This document shows, piece after piece, positions 12,017 to 24,974 of a DNA stretch of 64,000 bases; position 1 is the first letter of the stretch; each line of letters starts with the position of its first letter. The stretch lies in the NCBI RefSeq assembly GCF_024521635.1, contig NW_026250406.1, positions 62,001-126,000 of the forward strand, read 5' to 3'. The position numbers and the translations under genes are program-made. The notes below the pieces were generated by a model that was not told the origin of the DNA, made no database searches, and saw only the letters and a list, made by a program, of their open reading frames with translations. This DNA is from Tricharina praecox. Its lineage: Eukaryota.

Positions 12017-15000
12017 GTGTCGGGAAGACGGACGGATGGTGGCGGATGGTGGCGGATGGTGGACGGGCGGAATTGATGGAGACCATGCTGTGTTGATCAC
12101 GCATACCTAGAGATAGAAAATGTTAAAATGAGAAGGAATTCCCTGGTGAGTGCGGGATAACTCTACTGAAAATTGACATGCAACCGCAAAGTCGGCGCGA
12201 TACATATATGACTTTCAATTCTGACGATGGCGATGTTTGGATTCTCACCGGCGGCAAGGCCACTCCGGAGTGATAGGGGCGATCGTCGGATACAGTATCA
12301 CTCGCTCGATGATGGTTTGCAGATCGACTCTCGGGCCGTCTTTCCGAGTGATTAACTAGAGACATTCTCTCATTGACTCTGGTAATGTTGGTTGATTAGC
12401 TGCTTCAATGGCCCCTTGATGACTGCCAATAGTCCGGTACCAATTATATTCCTTCTGGTACGCCGTAGATCCCAAGCTCGAGTATGAATGGCAGCACGCA
12501 CCCATCTACGCACAAGGGAAAGAACCAATCAATCGATATCGTACACTCACCCAAGCCGTTCCCGCCCGCCAGCCTAGCAAAGCAGCCCCTACCCCTACCC
12601 CAGCCCAAGTGAACCCACGAGCTTCCAATTCCCGTTCAACTACGGAGCGATCTGCGGAACAGCCATATCGCCCTCACTAAGTACCTATCCGTTTGTGTAT
12701 TTGTGTTTCTATTGCACCACACTCGTGCCCAGCCTATTTAGTCAGACCATTGCGACGCACCCCCCTCCCGCCCCGCGAATATCCCATCGCCTTTCATCCA
12801 CACAAATTGAGACGTGTGATCAGGCGCCCGAGTGAGATCGCGTGCACCCACCATCGGCACAATCCCACGGGTCATAACAGCACCAACGATTCCCGTGTCT
12901 AAACTCCAAAACGCACGTGTGTACCTTAGTTGTACAAATACCAGCCGTAAGGAAAGGGAAATGGCTAAAGATTGAAGTTCGAACTTCAAGACGTGTGTGT
13001 ACATACATATGTACGGTGAGCAATCGATAATATTGACGGATATGAACTGCAGCCTACCGTACTACTAGGACTATTACAATTACTGGAACCCAGAATATCA
13101 TCTATGCGGTTCCCCCGAGATCAACAGCCGGCGGTGTTGCAGCTCTTAGCACCTACCCACCTACCCACCTAGCAAGCATTGAGGGTGGAGGTGGAGGTGG
13201 AGGAGCAAAGCCGGCCTGCAACGATGAGTCGATGACGTGGAACACGACGGAGCAAAAATACCTATTCTCATATCAACCACGCCCATGCAATTCAATCGCC
13301 AATCTCAGCAGAGGCCTGGAAAGTATGTAAAGGCCACGCCTCTGCTGTGAATCTGTGATGCGCTTTGTGCTTTGTGCATGCGTCATGCGTCATCCATCGG
13401 CATCGGCATCGGCATCTTGAAGCTGCGTTTTCAGGTCGAGGTCTGTTGTCTGCGGGAGTCCTTGGCACGAGGCTCAGGGCTGCCATGTCGATCGTACTTT
13501 ACGCATGCTACTTGTTGCCCAGCCGGATACTTGCGCTGCGAGTGAGTGAGTGAGTGAGTGTAGACCTGGCTCCTCATCACCATGGTGGACGATCGTTACT
13601 TCTATGCTGGCCACTTCTGCCGCGAAGGAATATATTCTATGCGGGCGGTGGGAGGAGTCATACATACATAGCAAGGCTTTGACCGCCAACACCGCCAAAA
13701 CCGCCAACAATCCGCATCCACCGGCGGGGTGTCGTATAAAAAGCGAGTGATAATTAATGCATGAGTGAGAACCGCTGTGATTCGTCCACCCCCCGCCCCC
13801 TCCCCCCCTCCCAGCCTTGCGAGCTCAATCTCTATCCCTATCTCTAGAGTACCTATGTATGTACGCACACAGCCCCCCGAGAACTCAAGAACTCGCGAAT
13901 ATTCGCAACGTCCTCCATGCAATGCAATGCACTGCGGATCATCGTCGTTCCTCTGCTCTGCAGCTCGAGCTGGAGCTCGACTCGATATCAGCACACAAAC
14001 TCAATCGCATGGGCCCAATTCCTTGCTACATACGTAAGTAGATATCATCCAGCACCGCGCATTCCTCCAGTTCTAGTTAACTACCAGCTCTAGTTACCAG
14101 CTCAATCCACCGCACCTTGCGCTGTCGCTATCGTTACATAGGTATCCGGACTCCGGAGTCCGGCCATCGAGCCCACGACACAGGTGACGGCTGCAGTGTT
14201 CGTCGTGGGTGGTGGTGGTGGTGGAGAAGGATCAGCAGGTATGTACCGTATCAATATCAACATCCACAAAGTTCAATGTTCAAACTGTGCCCCCCCCCCC
14301 GCGTGTAGGAAGCAATGTTGGCAATGTGCATGGTAGAACGGGTTACGGTGGAAGATTCTACGGCAGTCTATGGCGGTCTGTGGTAGTCTTCGGTAGGCTT
14401 CGGCAGGCTGGCAGGTTGGCAGACAGTCAATCGCGAGATTAAGTACGTATGCACGTTCCGCCGTCGGAGCCTCGTGGTGGGGTGGGATTATACCCAGCAA
14501 CGGCGGGGCGAGATGGTCGTTATCGATAGGTCGTTGCCTACATATCTGAATGTCGGTACCGATACCGGTGTGTACATACCGGTACTACTAGGCACCAGAC
14601 TCGATGATCCCAGGCTTCAGCTTTGCGCATCCTTAGCTTACATAACCAAGGGAAGCAATGAACCTGGCGCTGGATTTGATCGGATATCATCATATCATTC
14701 AAGCACGCATGGAAGTCGCGGCTCATTGCGCATGCGGGCGTGCGTGCGTGCGATCAAACTGACTAGTAATACGCATGGCGGGCTTGAGCCTTGGATGAAA
14801 AGTCTACATACTCCAACATCATACAGGTATGATACATAGGCGGATATGACGGCGTACCTCTTTACCCAGATGCCCTATCACGAACCCACGAACACGCACA
14901 CGCTCGATCACTCGCACAGCCACGTGGCAGCCTCGCTCGCTTCGCCAAAATCCAGCAATAAATCCAGCAATGTGCACCTCCAGCCAGCCCACGAATCTTG

Positions 15001-15377
15001 CCGAGCGGTGGCACTGCCTACACATACATTCATACCCAGGTATATGTATCATGATCACGCATGATCGCGCACGTATTTATGTATGTACAGTACAGTACGG
15101 TACGGTACAGTACGGTACGGTACAGTACACACACGGAATGTACCCACTTCTGTGCCCACTTGTGTACCTTCCGACATACCTACGCATAAATCTACAAGCC
15201 CGATACATCCCACCACGCGCTGGCGTGTACAGGTGTCAATGTACACTGCACGTACACCGGAATAGAGCACATGGAATTCGTACATATATAGTCGCGGTCG
15301 TGGTCGTGGTCTTCCGGCACAGTTCAGACCCTGCTTGCATAAGCATAAGCATGACGCATTGACGTGCTCGTGTTAGT

Positions 15378-15579
15378 GTGGTGGTGGTGGTGGTGGTGGT
15401 GGTGGTGGTGGTGGTGGTGGTGGTGGTGGTGGTGGTGGTGGTGGTTGCTGGTGCTGGGGGTGACTGGTGGCGGCGGCGGCGGGTAGGGAAATGCTTAGTT
15501 GGGGTTCGAGGGGGAGGGGGGTTCGAGGGGGAGGGGGGTTCGAGGGGGAGGGGGGTTCGAGGGGGAGGGGGGGTTCGAG
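15378..15579. repeat. (GGT)n microsatellite followed by about 4 copies of GGGTTCGAGGGGGAGGGG
   Basis: Read directly: GGT tract 15378-15444, G-rich 18-19-bp units 15501-15579. Confidence 0.9.
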
Positions 15580-15905
15580 GTAAATAAGTGCTTTGATAAG
15601 TGCTGGATTTATGTCGATGCTAGTGCAGTTAAACTCCAGTGCTGAGGATTGCTGGTCTCCATGTGCGGAGCAGACAATTCGGCAGTTAGCCGTGGGCCCT
15701 GAGCACTGAGTACCGAGGGCGAGAGAGAAGGGCAAGGCGGCAGGGGCGCTGGAATGCCGAGTGTTGAAACGAAACGAAACGAAACCCCCGCTCTTTCTTG
15801 GTTACACGACTCGGCGCGCGGCGGTGAGTGGGCACCGTCATCGGCCGGTGTAGGTAGGGCGGTGATATTTCAGAGTCAGAGTCTACTCGCGACGGATGCC
15901 TATGA

Positions 15906-15967
15906 AGCCAAAGCCAAAGCCAAAGCCAAAGCCAAAGCCAAAGCCAAAGCCAAAGCCAAAGCCAAAG
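15906..15967. repeat. (AGCCAA)10 microsatellite
   Basis: Read directly. Confidence 0.93.
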
Positions 15968-16141
15968 ACAACGTCGAATGTGAAGGTGAAGCGCCAACCA
16001 ACCAACTAGGCCGCTCGCTTCTGCCCCTCTCGCCACTACGGGTCGGTACTATGGGTGAGTGAGCACGTCGGCCACAAGCGGTGTGGGGTTTGTGCTTCAC
16101 GGACGTGGCATCAGCAGCAGCATCATCGTCGTCGGCATCAT

Positions 16142-16253
16142 CGTGGGCGTCGTGGGCATCGTCATTGCCCTTTTTTCCTTTCGGAACGAACGAAGCACGT
16201 GGGCGTCGTGGGCATCGTCATTGCCCTTTTTTCCTTTCGGAACGAACGAAGCA
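16142..16253. repeat. Perfect 56-bp tandem duplication
   Basis: CGTGGGCGTCGTGGGCATCGTCATTGCCCTTTTTTCCTTTCGGAACGAACGAAGCA at 16142 and 16198. Confidence 0.92.
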
Positions 16254-16323
16254 ACGACCGAAGGAAGGAAGGAAGAGCAAAGAAAGAAGGGTCCTTGGTG
16301 GGGGACGCCGCCCGTGGGGTTCG

Positions 16324-16429
16324 CTACCTATCCGGCACTGCCAATAGTATCGTACTCTACCTATCCGGCACTGCCAATAGTATCGTACTCTACCTATCCG
16401 GCACTGCCAATAGTATCGTACTCTACCTA
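16324..16429. repeat. 3 x 33-bp perfect tandem repeat
   Basis: CTACCTATCCGGCACTGCCAATAGTATCGTACT at 16324, 16357 and 16390, plus a CTACCTA tail. Confidence 0.93.
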
Positions 16430-16948
16430 CTCTGCAGAACGGACATCCGGGAAACTGTTTGGCCTCCAGACTCCAGACTCCGACGGCCCTGGGGCCTTCC
16501 AGTTCCATTTGCGACTTCTCCATCCGAGTTCTAGACGTCTCCAGATCGGCCGGGAGTGGCGGACCAACGCGAGCGCGAGCGAGAACGGTTGCCCCTACCT
16601 CACATACGTCGTTTCGAGACGAGTTTTTACCGCCGACACGGGGGTGCCAGTGGTTGGGGGGCTGGGCCGCTAGGTAGTGGTCACGTGGAACGAAGTCGAA
16701 GTCGAACTTCTGGTCTGCAACTCGTCCTTCACTTCACTTGACTGCTCCACCGCCGCCGTCATCCTGCAGCTCGCGTACCAGCTGTCGCCGTCGAGACGTT
16801 GCCATCTCAAGGTCCACATTACCTACATCCTACATACATTGCATCTCGATTCGCTTCTGCCAGCGTGGGTTACAGCTCGGTCGAGGGGGAGGGCTGGCTG
16901 GCATGGAAACCTCGCGGGGCTCGAGTTGGGGGCTGGGGCTGGGAAGGG

Positions 16949-17084
16949 TGGAGAAGTGGGCGAGGAGCGAGGGATTGGGTCGGCTGTGAATGGAGAAGTG
17001 GGCGAGGGGCGAGGGATTAGGTCGGCTGTGAATGGAGAAGTGGGCGAGGGGCGAGGGATTGGGTCGGCTGTGAATGGAGAAGTG
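16949..17084. repeat. 3 x 42-bp near-perfect tandem repeat
   Basis: TGGAGAAGTGGGCGAGGRGCGAGGGATTRGGTCGGCTGTGAA at 16949, 16991 and 17033, plus a 10-nt tail. Confidence 0.92.
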
Positions 17085-17470
17085 TGCATGAGGCATTGGG
17101 TCGGGTGTGAAGTGAAGTCTATCGTAGGGTAGAGTAGGGTAGAGTCAATGGTTACTGCGAGACGTGAGATTGGCCGGTTGGTTGGGGGGGGTCCACTCCA
17201 CGTGCTGGTTGACCAAGTGCTTAGGTAAGAAACTGGCTGAGCCGAGCTGTGCTGTGCTTTGCTGGAGCACGAATGCTCACCCGCGCCAAGACACTCGACA
17301 CTGACGAGCAGGCGTCGGACGACGGGCGACAGATGGAGCTTCAAGCCTGCGGACGGAGAGCGGGATATCTCGACGCGGGCGGCGATCAATTCTCTAGTAG
17401 CCGGAGCCTCCGGAAGAGAACGGGATATCTCCGGCCGATCCATTCGGTTATGTCCGTCATGTGCCATAGG

Positions 17471-17638
17471 AGCAGTAGCAGTAGCAGTAGTAGTAGCAGT
17501 AGTAGTAGCAGTAGTAGTAGCAGTAGTAGTGGCAAGCAATAAAGGTGGTCGTTGCTGGCGTTGTCGATTGTTACTGGCGTGTCGATTGTTACTGGCGTGT
17601 CGATTGTTACTGGCGTGTCGATTGTTACTGGCGTGTCG
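17471..17638. repeat. (GTAGCA/GTAGTA)n tract and about 4 x 18-bp TGTCGATTGTTACTGGCG
   Basis: Read directly. Confidence 0.88.
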
Positions 17639-18963
17639 GTCGTTGCCGGCGCCTTGTCTCCAACGACACGGCACGGCGACACCGCACTCGAGTGACCCCG
17701 CCCAACGCCAGAGAGAGAATGAGCTTGCTAGCTCGACTTCGACAGCTACCCCTCCCTCTGCCATTCCCCGAAAGAGGGGACGAGAATGGATGGGAAGAGG
17801 GGGAGGACACAGTAGAGTAGATGGGCCCAGAGCGAGCAGCACAGCAGTGCCACGAGTAGAGTGCCGTAACTACTATCGAGAGACATCTCGACCATCATCC
17901 TGAAGAACTCCCTGCTATCCACGCCGATACTTGGGATACCTACTGCTTGCTGCTACCTACTGCCTGCTACTAGTACCTCCCACCATCTACGTCTGCCCGT
18001 CTCATCTCGAGATAGCTTCGCTGCACCTCGCAACTGCTACTGGCTGCTGCCGAAAACCAATCGTCCCCCCATCCGCCATCCCGATCATCCACCTACCAAA
18101 TCGAAGCCGCAGGAGAAGAGAGCAAAGAAGCTGGAGGATCACTGCCCCCCCTCCCCCCGGCCGAACACAGCCAGTGCAGCAAGCAGTGTCCAGCCTTCCG
18201 TCTGGCCTCAACTCCGTCGAGAGACGGCCAACGACAACAAACTCGGCAGGGACCAGCATCAGCATCAGCATCATCATCATCATCATTCCACCTGCCTCTG
18301 TTGATTTGACGGATTTGCGCCCTTTTTTTCTCGCATCCTCTTTCGCCACTTGCCAGCACTCTCCAGGATTCTCCATCTTTTTCTTTTATTTTTTTTATCG
18401 TTCCTTTTTCCTTCCTTTGTCTTCTTGCCCACCGCCCCACCCCGTTCACCCCATCTCTCCTCCCTTCTGAGTTGTCCTCGTCTACTTCTCGGCGTTGGCT
18501 GCGGAATTCCATCTTCATAAAGCAATCTCACGATCCCCCTCGCTCGCTTGCTTGTCAGGGCTCCCAGAAGAAAGCGTTGCGGACAAAGGCCACGGAAGAA
18601 AGAAAAAGAACCACAACCACAACCTCACCCCCCTCCCAACCGGCGCTATCGCAGACTACCCATATTATCCACTGCGGCGAACAGCCACTGTCACTGTCAC
18701 TGTCACCGTCACCGGCGCTATCGCAGACTTATATTACCGCTGCGAACAGCCACCGTCACTGTCATCGCCCAACCAATCAGTGAAACATTCCGCAGGCAAG
18801 CCTCGCATCATCCCACCAACCCAGGAGGGGACTCGGCCCTGTTCGATCCGTCCCAGGATTCCCTCTATCGGAGTGCAGAGAAGTAAGCGAAACATTCGCA
18901 CACCACGTCCCGTCACACACACAGCCCAGATCCCAAAAAGTTCGATAACAGTCATCGCGCGCA

Positions 18964-21573
18964 ATGGACTACCGCCGAGCTCGCTCTCCGCCGGCGCGTG
19001 CTCGCAGGGCTAACTCGTCCATGATGGATTCGCACCGTGCATCCACTGGCTCCTTGGGCCTCGGAGACTTGGGCATGGGCGGTCCCGGCGGCGGCAGGAT
19101 GGATGCCGACCGGATGATGATGATGCCTGGCGGCAGCTTTCAGGAAGGCGCTGGAAGGGGCGGGGGAGGAGGGGGAGGAATGATGCAGCAACAGCGAGAG
19201 CAACAGCACAGCGATTACCTGCGATATGGAAACCCCAGCATCCATCACCACCCCCCTCCCCCTCCACCTCCACCCAACCCTCTCGGCCACCACCACAGCC
19301 ACAGCCACAGCCACAGCGGTCCTCCCCCCGCTGCCCCTCTTCCTCCTCGCAGCGGCCAGCAAACTCCTCACTCAACTCATCCTCCCTCTCCATCCTCTTC
19401 GTCCTCCGACAATCTCGGTGACTTCTACTATAACCGCCCTCCCCCGCACCACTTCGATTACGCACCGACCCCGCCCCAAGCACACCCAGCTCCCGCCCCC
19501 GCTCCACCACCTCCACCACCACCACCACCACCACCACCATCAGCGATGCGAGGAGGCGATGGAAGTCTCAGTCGCCGCAACACGACAGCGACCGCAAAAC
19601 CCACGATCCACCAATATTTCGATCAGCCCCCGCCCGGCGGCGACTACCGGCTCCAGCGTCCCGTAATCCACTCGCACCACAGCTCGCCGCCGCATCCTCG
19701 TGACCGGTCCCCGGAAGGCGGCCCGTTCATGGTGATACCGGGCTCGGGTGGCGCCGTGCACAGATCCCAGACCTATCGTCCCGACAGCAGCGGCTACTCC
19801 GACGGGAGCTACGAGAGCGGCGACATCCGCAGCCACGGAGGACAGAAGGGATACCTGATCTCGGCCGGCAACAACCAGCGTGGTCCCAGCAGCAACCGCG
19901 ACGACTACAAGCGACGGTCCCGCGATGCCGGCACGCTCTACCATCTCGACGGCCCTCCGAGACGCAGGGGCAGAGATAGCAGCCAGAGCCGCGCCGATTA
20001 CGACGAATGGACCGAGGAGGACAAGCAAGAGGAGCTCATGCGTAATCAAGGCAGGATGATCGCGCACAACCCGTCGTCTTCGAGCGGCGCCCTCGTCCGA
20101 CGCTCTCGCTCTCGCTCGGATTCTCAGGGTCCGTCGAGTGCGGGCGGGGCCCTCGTCCGTCGTCGTCCCGATAACGATGACGATGCTCCCGCCCCTTCTA
20201 ACAACACCATCCGCGTCGAGTACGGCGGACAGGCGATCGATATCGCATACTCCGGTACCAACGGCAAGTCGATGGTTGGGAACATCACCATCAACACCAC
20301 TGCCCGCACCGTCACCATCCCGGATCCACAGCCATCGCTGCCCGCGCCGCCGCCGGCTCCACTAGCGCTCCCGCCGGGTGTCCAGCCCGTCATGATCCCG
20401 CCTCCACCGCCAGCGAGCGCCCACCCCGGCCAGCAGATGATGATGGCACTGCCCGCTCCACCGTCCCGGCGGCCACCCCGCTCGGAGCGCGACAGCGATG
20501 ACACGGACTACTCGCACTCGCCTCCCGGCCGCGATATGTACCGGGAGTTTTCGAACATGCAAATCGAAGGGCCACCGGGCCACCATCCCCATCATCATCA
20601 TCATCAGCACCCGCCGCGTCCTCCCATCATGCAGGAAGGACCTCCGACACGTGGCCGCCCGCCAACGATGCCGCAAGCCCCTCCAGCTCCTCGTGCGCCT
20701 TCGCGTGGAAGAGCTCCATCGCACGGGAGGGCCCCATCGCACGGGAGGGCCCCATCGCACGGGAGGGCCCCATCGCACGGGAGGGCCCCATCGCACGGGA
20801 GGGCCCCATCGCACGGAAGGGCCTCATCACAGGGACGTGGCCGGGCGTCATCGCCTCGTGCGCAGTCTCGGGGCCGAGCTCCATCCAACCCCCCTCCGGC
20901 CGAGGACCCACTGTGGACCAAGATCTCGCGTGACATCGTGTCGAAGCGGGCGGTCCTCGTGCGAGGGTACGACTTCGAAGAGGTCCCGAACGCGATCATC
21001 ATCTACCGCGTACTGGACGAGGAGGAGATCGACGACCTCGTCGAGCTCTCCGAGCAAATCCGCGAAGGCAAGGTCGAAGTCCGCCGCCAACGCAAGCCCA
21101 GCGTTTCCTCCAGCGGCGGAGGTGGTGGTGGTGGCGGCGGCGGCGGAGGCGGCGCCAGTGCTGCGGGCAACAGCGTCGCACGAAGACGCAGCACCAGCCG
21201 ACGGCGGCCACGTCCCATGAGCATCCACGGCTACCCCGGTGCCCCCCTGGGCCCCGGCCCATCGAAGGAGCGACCGCCCCCGGGCAAACCCGCCATCGTC
21301 CACACGCAGCGGGGTCTTCCCGAGGCACCGGCACCGCCGCCGCCCGGACGCGAGCAGGGCATGATGGAGATGGCGCGTGCTCCCGGGCCGCCGCCCGTCA
21401 CTGTCCAGCAGACGAAGGGACTCAGAGAGAATCCGGATGCGCCGGGGACGTATGTCGGGTACACGAGGAAGCCGCCGAGGGGTGGGGTTTAGTAAGTACT
21501 CAAAGACGTCTGGCGGATGAGGGGAGGGGGAGGGGGTGCAGTTGCTAACACTTTGCGTTGTAGTCATCGTTGA
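18964..21573 (+). CDS. Large Pro/His/Gly-rich, mostly disordered protein with a short conserved fungal domain (DUF8035-like)
   Basis: 842-codon ORF containing WTKISRDIVSKRAVLVRGYDFEE..IIIYRVLDEEEIDDLVELSEQIRE and RAPSHG repeats. A probable last intron (GTAAGT at 21492..GCTAAC..TAG at 21563) makes the end GGVYHR* at 21573. Confidence 0.85.
20694..20887 (+). repeat. Coding 18-bp repeat (GRAPSH)n
   Basis: CCATCGCACGGGAGGGCC units, about 6 near-perfect, with degenerate flanking copies. Confidence 0.9.
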
Positions 21574-22540
21574 GTTGATGGTGAAAGAAGGTTAAAGAGT
21601 CAAGATGATGATGATGTCATGAGGAAAAGTTTGATCTATCATACATATGCATACATATGCTTGGAATCATTGCGTTTGAGCTGAGTTGAGTTGAGATGAG
21701 TTGAGTTGAGTTGCAGGCGAGTTTGAGTTGCTGGCCGGGCGAGGTTATACGATTGATGAGGAATGCGTTCATGCCTTCGTGTTTTTTCTTTTTTTTTTGT
21801 TGGATATATGATCTTTGAGATGGAAAGAGATCTTCCTGTTTTAGCTTTGATTTGTGGTTTGTTTGTTTGTTTCCTGTTGACTTCTGTTTGTCTTTTCTGT
21901 TTGGCTTCTGTTTGGCTTCTGTTTGGCTTCTGTTGGGTATGGGAGGGACTTGTTCTGCTGTTTTGCTGTTTTTAGTAGCTGTTAGTTATGAACGATATTG
22001 ATATCATTGATACTCCTACGATACCGTACTCATACGTATACCTGCTGATTCTTCGTGTAACCTTTTTTTTGCTTGCGTTTTGACATGACATGACTGCATC
22101 CCTGGGTTTCGGATGCTTCGGATGCTCAGGTTGATTGGTTGATTGCGTTGCGTGTCGAGCAACGCCGTGTTCAATACCGTTTACGACTGCGAGGAACTAT
22201 GATCCGCTTGGTGAGTGCATAACAATGAAACACGGCATCGAACCCTTCGAAGGACGGAAGATGTGGAAGATCCGGTTCTCGGATAAGATGATGAGATGGG
22301 TAAGATTAGTATCAACGATGATGAATGTGCATACGCTCTCACTCGGCTGAGTCCTCGAGTGTTTGTGAAGGCTGGTGTAGGTAGTGGATACACGGAGGCA
22401 TGTTTCGTCCCTAGGCATAGGTAGTTCACTGAACAGAGCAGAAGCTTGGAAGCCAAAAACCCAAAAGCGTAGCAAGCACTCGGATCTACATGTGGTTTGC
22501 TGGATGCTGGCTAGTGGATAGTGGCGGACGAAAGCATGGA

Positions 22541-22796
22541 GGCACGAAGGCACGAAGGCACGAAGGCACGAAGGCACGAAGGCACGAAGGCACGAAGGCA
22601 CGAAGGCACGAAGGCACGAAGGCACGAAGGCACGAAGGCACGAAGGCACGAAGGCACGAAGGCACGAAGGCACGAAGGCACGAAGGCACGAAGGCACGAA
22701 GGCACGAAGGCACGAAGGCACGAAGGCACGAAGGCACGAAGGCACGAAGGCACGAAGGCACGAAGGCACGAAGGCACGAAGGCACGAAGGCACGAA
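22541..22796. repeat. (GGCACGAA)32 perfect octamer satellite
   Basis: Read directly: 256 bp. Confidence 0.97.
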
Positions 22797-23047
22797 GGTG
22801 GTGGCAGTCCGCAAGTGGATACTGATACTGATACCGATCCTGACACTGATACCTCTCAGAGTTCAATCCGGCCAGCATCTACCACCTCAGCTGTCGGGAG
22901 CCTGAGGGAGCCTGAGGGAGCGCAGGGGCAAAGAATTACTATACACACTTGTAGATGCCGGCACCGGCGAAGGGACTTGTATCCAGAGCTACGGGTGCCG
23001 GAGTGGGTGCGGGAGTGGGCTGCAACGGCCGGTACGCGGTACCGTAT

Positions 23048-23640
23048 CTCACAAGTCTCGCAAGTCTAGAATTCGTGGAGTCTTGAAGGCGTGAAGTCAA
23101 GTCTCAAGTCTCAAGTCTCAAGTCTCAAGTCGTGAAATCGTGAAGTCGTGAAGTCGTGAAGTCGTGAGGTCTTGGAGTCGTGAAGTCGTGAAGTCTGGAA
23201 GTCTGGAAGTCTGGAAGTCTGGAAGTCTGGAAGTATCAAGCCTTGCAGTTTTGGAGGCTTGGAGTCGTGAAGTCGTGAATTCGTGAATTCGTGAAGTCGT
23301 GAAGTCTTGATGTCTTGAAGTCTTGAAGTCTTGGAGTCGTGGAGTCTCAAGTCTCACTGGTAGACAAGCCTTGAGGGCCTGGAGTCTTGAAGTGTCGAAG
23401 TCCTGGAGTCTTGAAGTCGTGAAGACTCAAGTCTTGAAGTCTTGAATTCCTGAAGTCTAGTCGTGAAGTCGTGATGTTTTGAAGTCTCAAGTCTCGTCTC
23501 GTCGCAGTGGTTCCCAGTGATTCCCGGTGATTCCCTCCCGACCGGGAGCTGAGCTCGACAGCTCAACTGCTTGACGGCTTGACGGCTTGATAGCTTGGCA
23601 GCTCGACAGCTTGACAGCTTGACAGCACGACGGTTTGACA
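23048..23640. repeat. Degenerate 7-8-bp satellite (CAAGTCT / GAAGTCGT / GAAGTCTG / GGAGTCTT), then CTTGACRG units
   Basis: Variant units read directly. Confidence 0.88.
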
Positions 23641-23680
23641 GGACGAATAGTCGGTGCCGATCGTCCTCCGTTCCAGTACG

Positions 23681-24240
23681 CCAGCGACCAGAGATATCCA
23701 AGCCAGTGACCAGAGATATGCCAGCCAGCGACCAGATACACTAGCGGCTAGGGATATGCCAGCCAGCGGCCAGAAATATGCCCGTGGCCAGTGATATGCT
23801 AGTGGCTAGGGATACAGCGGTCAGGGATACAGCGGTCAGAGATGACAGCGGCGAGAGATGTCAGCGGTCAGAGCCACGCCAGCGGCCAGAGACACGCCAT
23901 TGTCCAGAGATACAGCGGCGAGGGATATACAGCGGCCAGGGATATGCCAGCCAGTGGCTAGAGATAGATACACCAGCAGCCAGATATGCCCGCAACCAGA
24001 GATATGACAGTGGCGAGAGATATGCCAGCGCGAGAGATATACCCGCGGCCTGAGATGACAGTGGCCAGTGCTATCCCCGCGGCCAGGGATACGCCCACAA
24101 CCAGATATATTCCAGCCAGTGGCCAGATATACATCAGCGGCCAGAGATATACCCGCGACCAGATATATGCCCGCGGCCTGAGATACAGCGGCGAGAGACA
24201 GCGGCCAGGGATATGACAGTGGCCAGAGATACAGCGGCGA
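23681..24240. repeat. Degenerate minisatellite, consensus about CAGCGGCCAGAGATATGC (15-22-bp units)
   Basis: The core CAGYGGCCAGRGATA recurs throughout. Confidence 0.85.
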
Positions 24241-24974
24241 TAAATGGGTATTTAGTGCTCATGAGAAAGCACTCGATATTGTACATTTATATCGAGATCG
24301 TGTAACTAAGCCCTATTGTTCTCGACTGAAGATTTTCTTCCTTCCTGTGTATTCTGGAAATTGTTGCGTAGAAATTGTTGCGTAGGGGAAAGCGGTGATG
24401 GGGATGGAGATTTCTCTCTACTCCCGCCACGTCGCCTGTGGAGCTGGGTTTTTGGTCGGGTTTTTGGTCGGGTTTTTGGTCGGTATAGGTAGTCTCGTAT
24501 GGCTGTATGCAACAAATTGAGGTTGTCCCTCTCTCTCGAGAAATTCACGGGACTGCAGATGGAAAACGGCGAGTGTATGGAGGCGGGTACGTATATATTC
24601 GATCTTTCAGACAGTACATACGCGTGGGGAGCTTGGTAACCGGCCTCACCGCGCATCACACACATGGCCATTATCCACGTCGAGGACTGGCGTCACACTC
24701 TCTACCTCCCGAGTCAATTCAGTACAACATCACAACCGACACATCAACGCACGGTATCCCTCTCGGAACTCTATACTCTCGTTCCCATTTCCGCCCGCCA
24801 TAGGTATTTATCATCGTAGATAGTCAGCCAGCCAGCCAGTCGCACCGCCCCGCACCGCACAGCACCAGATTACAAAACGAAAATCGAAAGATCGAAACCA
24901 CACACAAAATCAAAACCCATGATGCCTCCAGTTCAGTTCAGTTTTGCTCTCCGACAGTCGCTCACGCTCCCGCC

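Noticed and set aside
16055..17903. Long ORFs of 150-339 aa on both strands
   Set aside because: They are built from simple and tandem repeats, overlap in several frames and show no recognisable domain.
22197..23069. ORFs with CLRAFVPS / ARRHEGTK repeats
   Set aside because: These are translations of the stop-free (GGCACGAA)32 satellite.
23681..24240. CRISPR-like repeat/spacer pattern
   Set aside because: The variable parts are a few nucleotides of degenerate unit, not unique 25-45-nt spacers.
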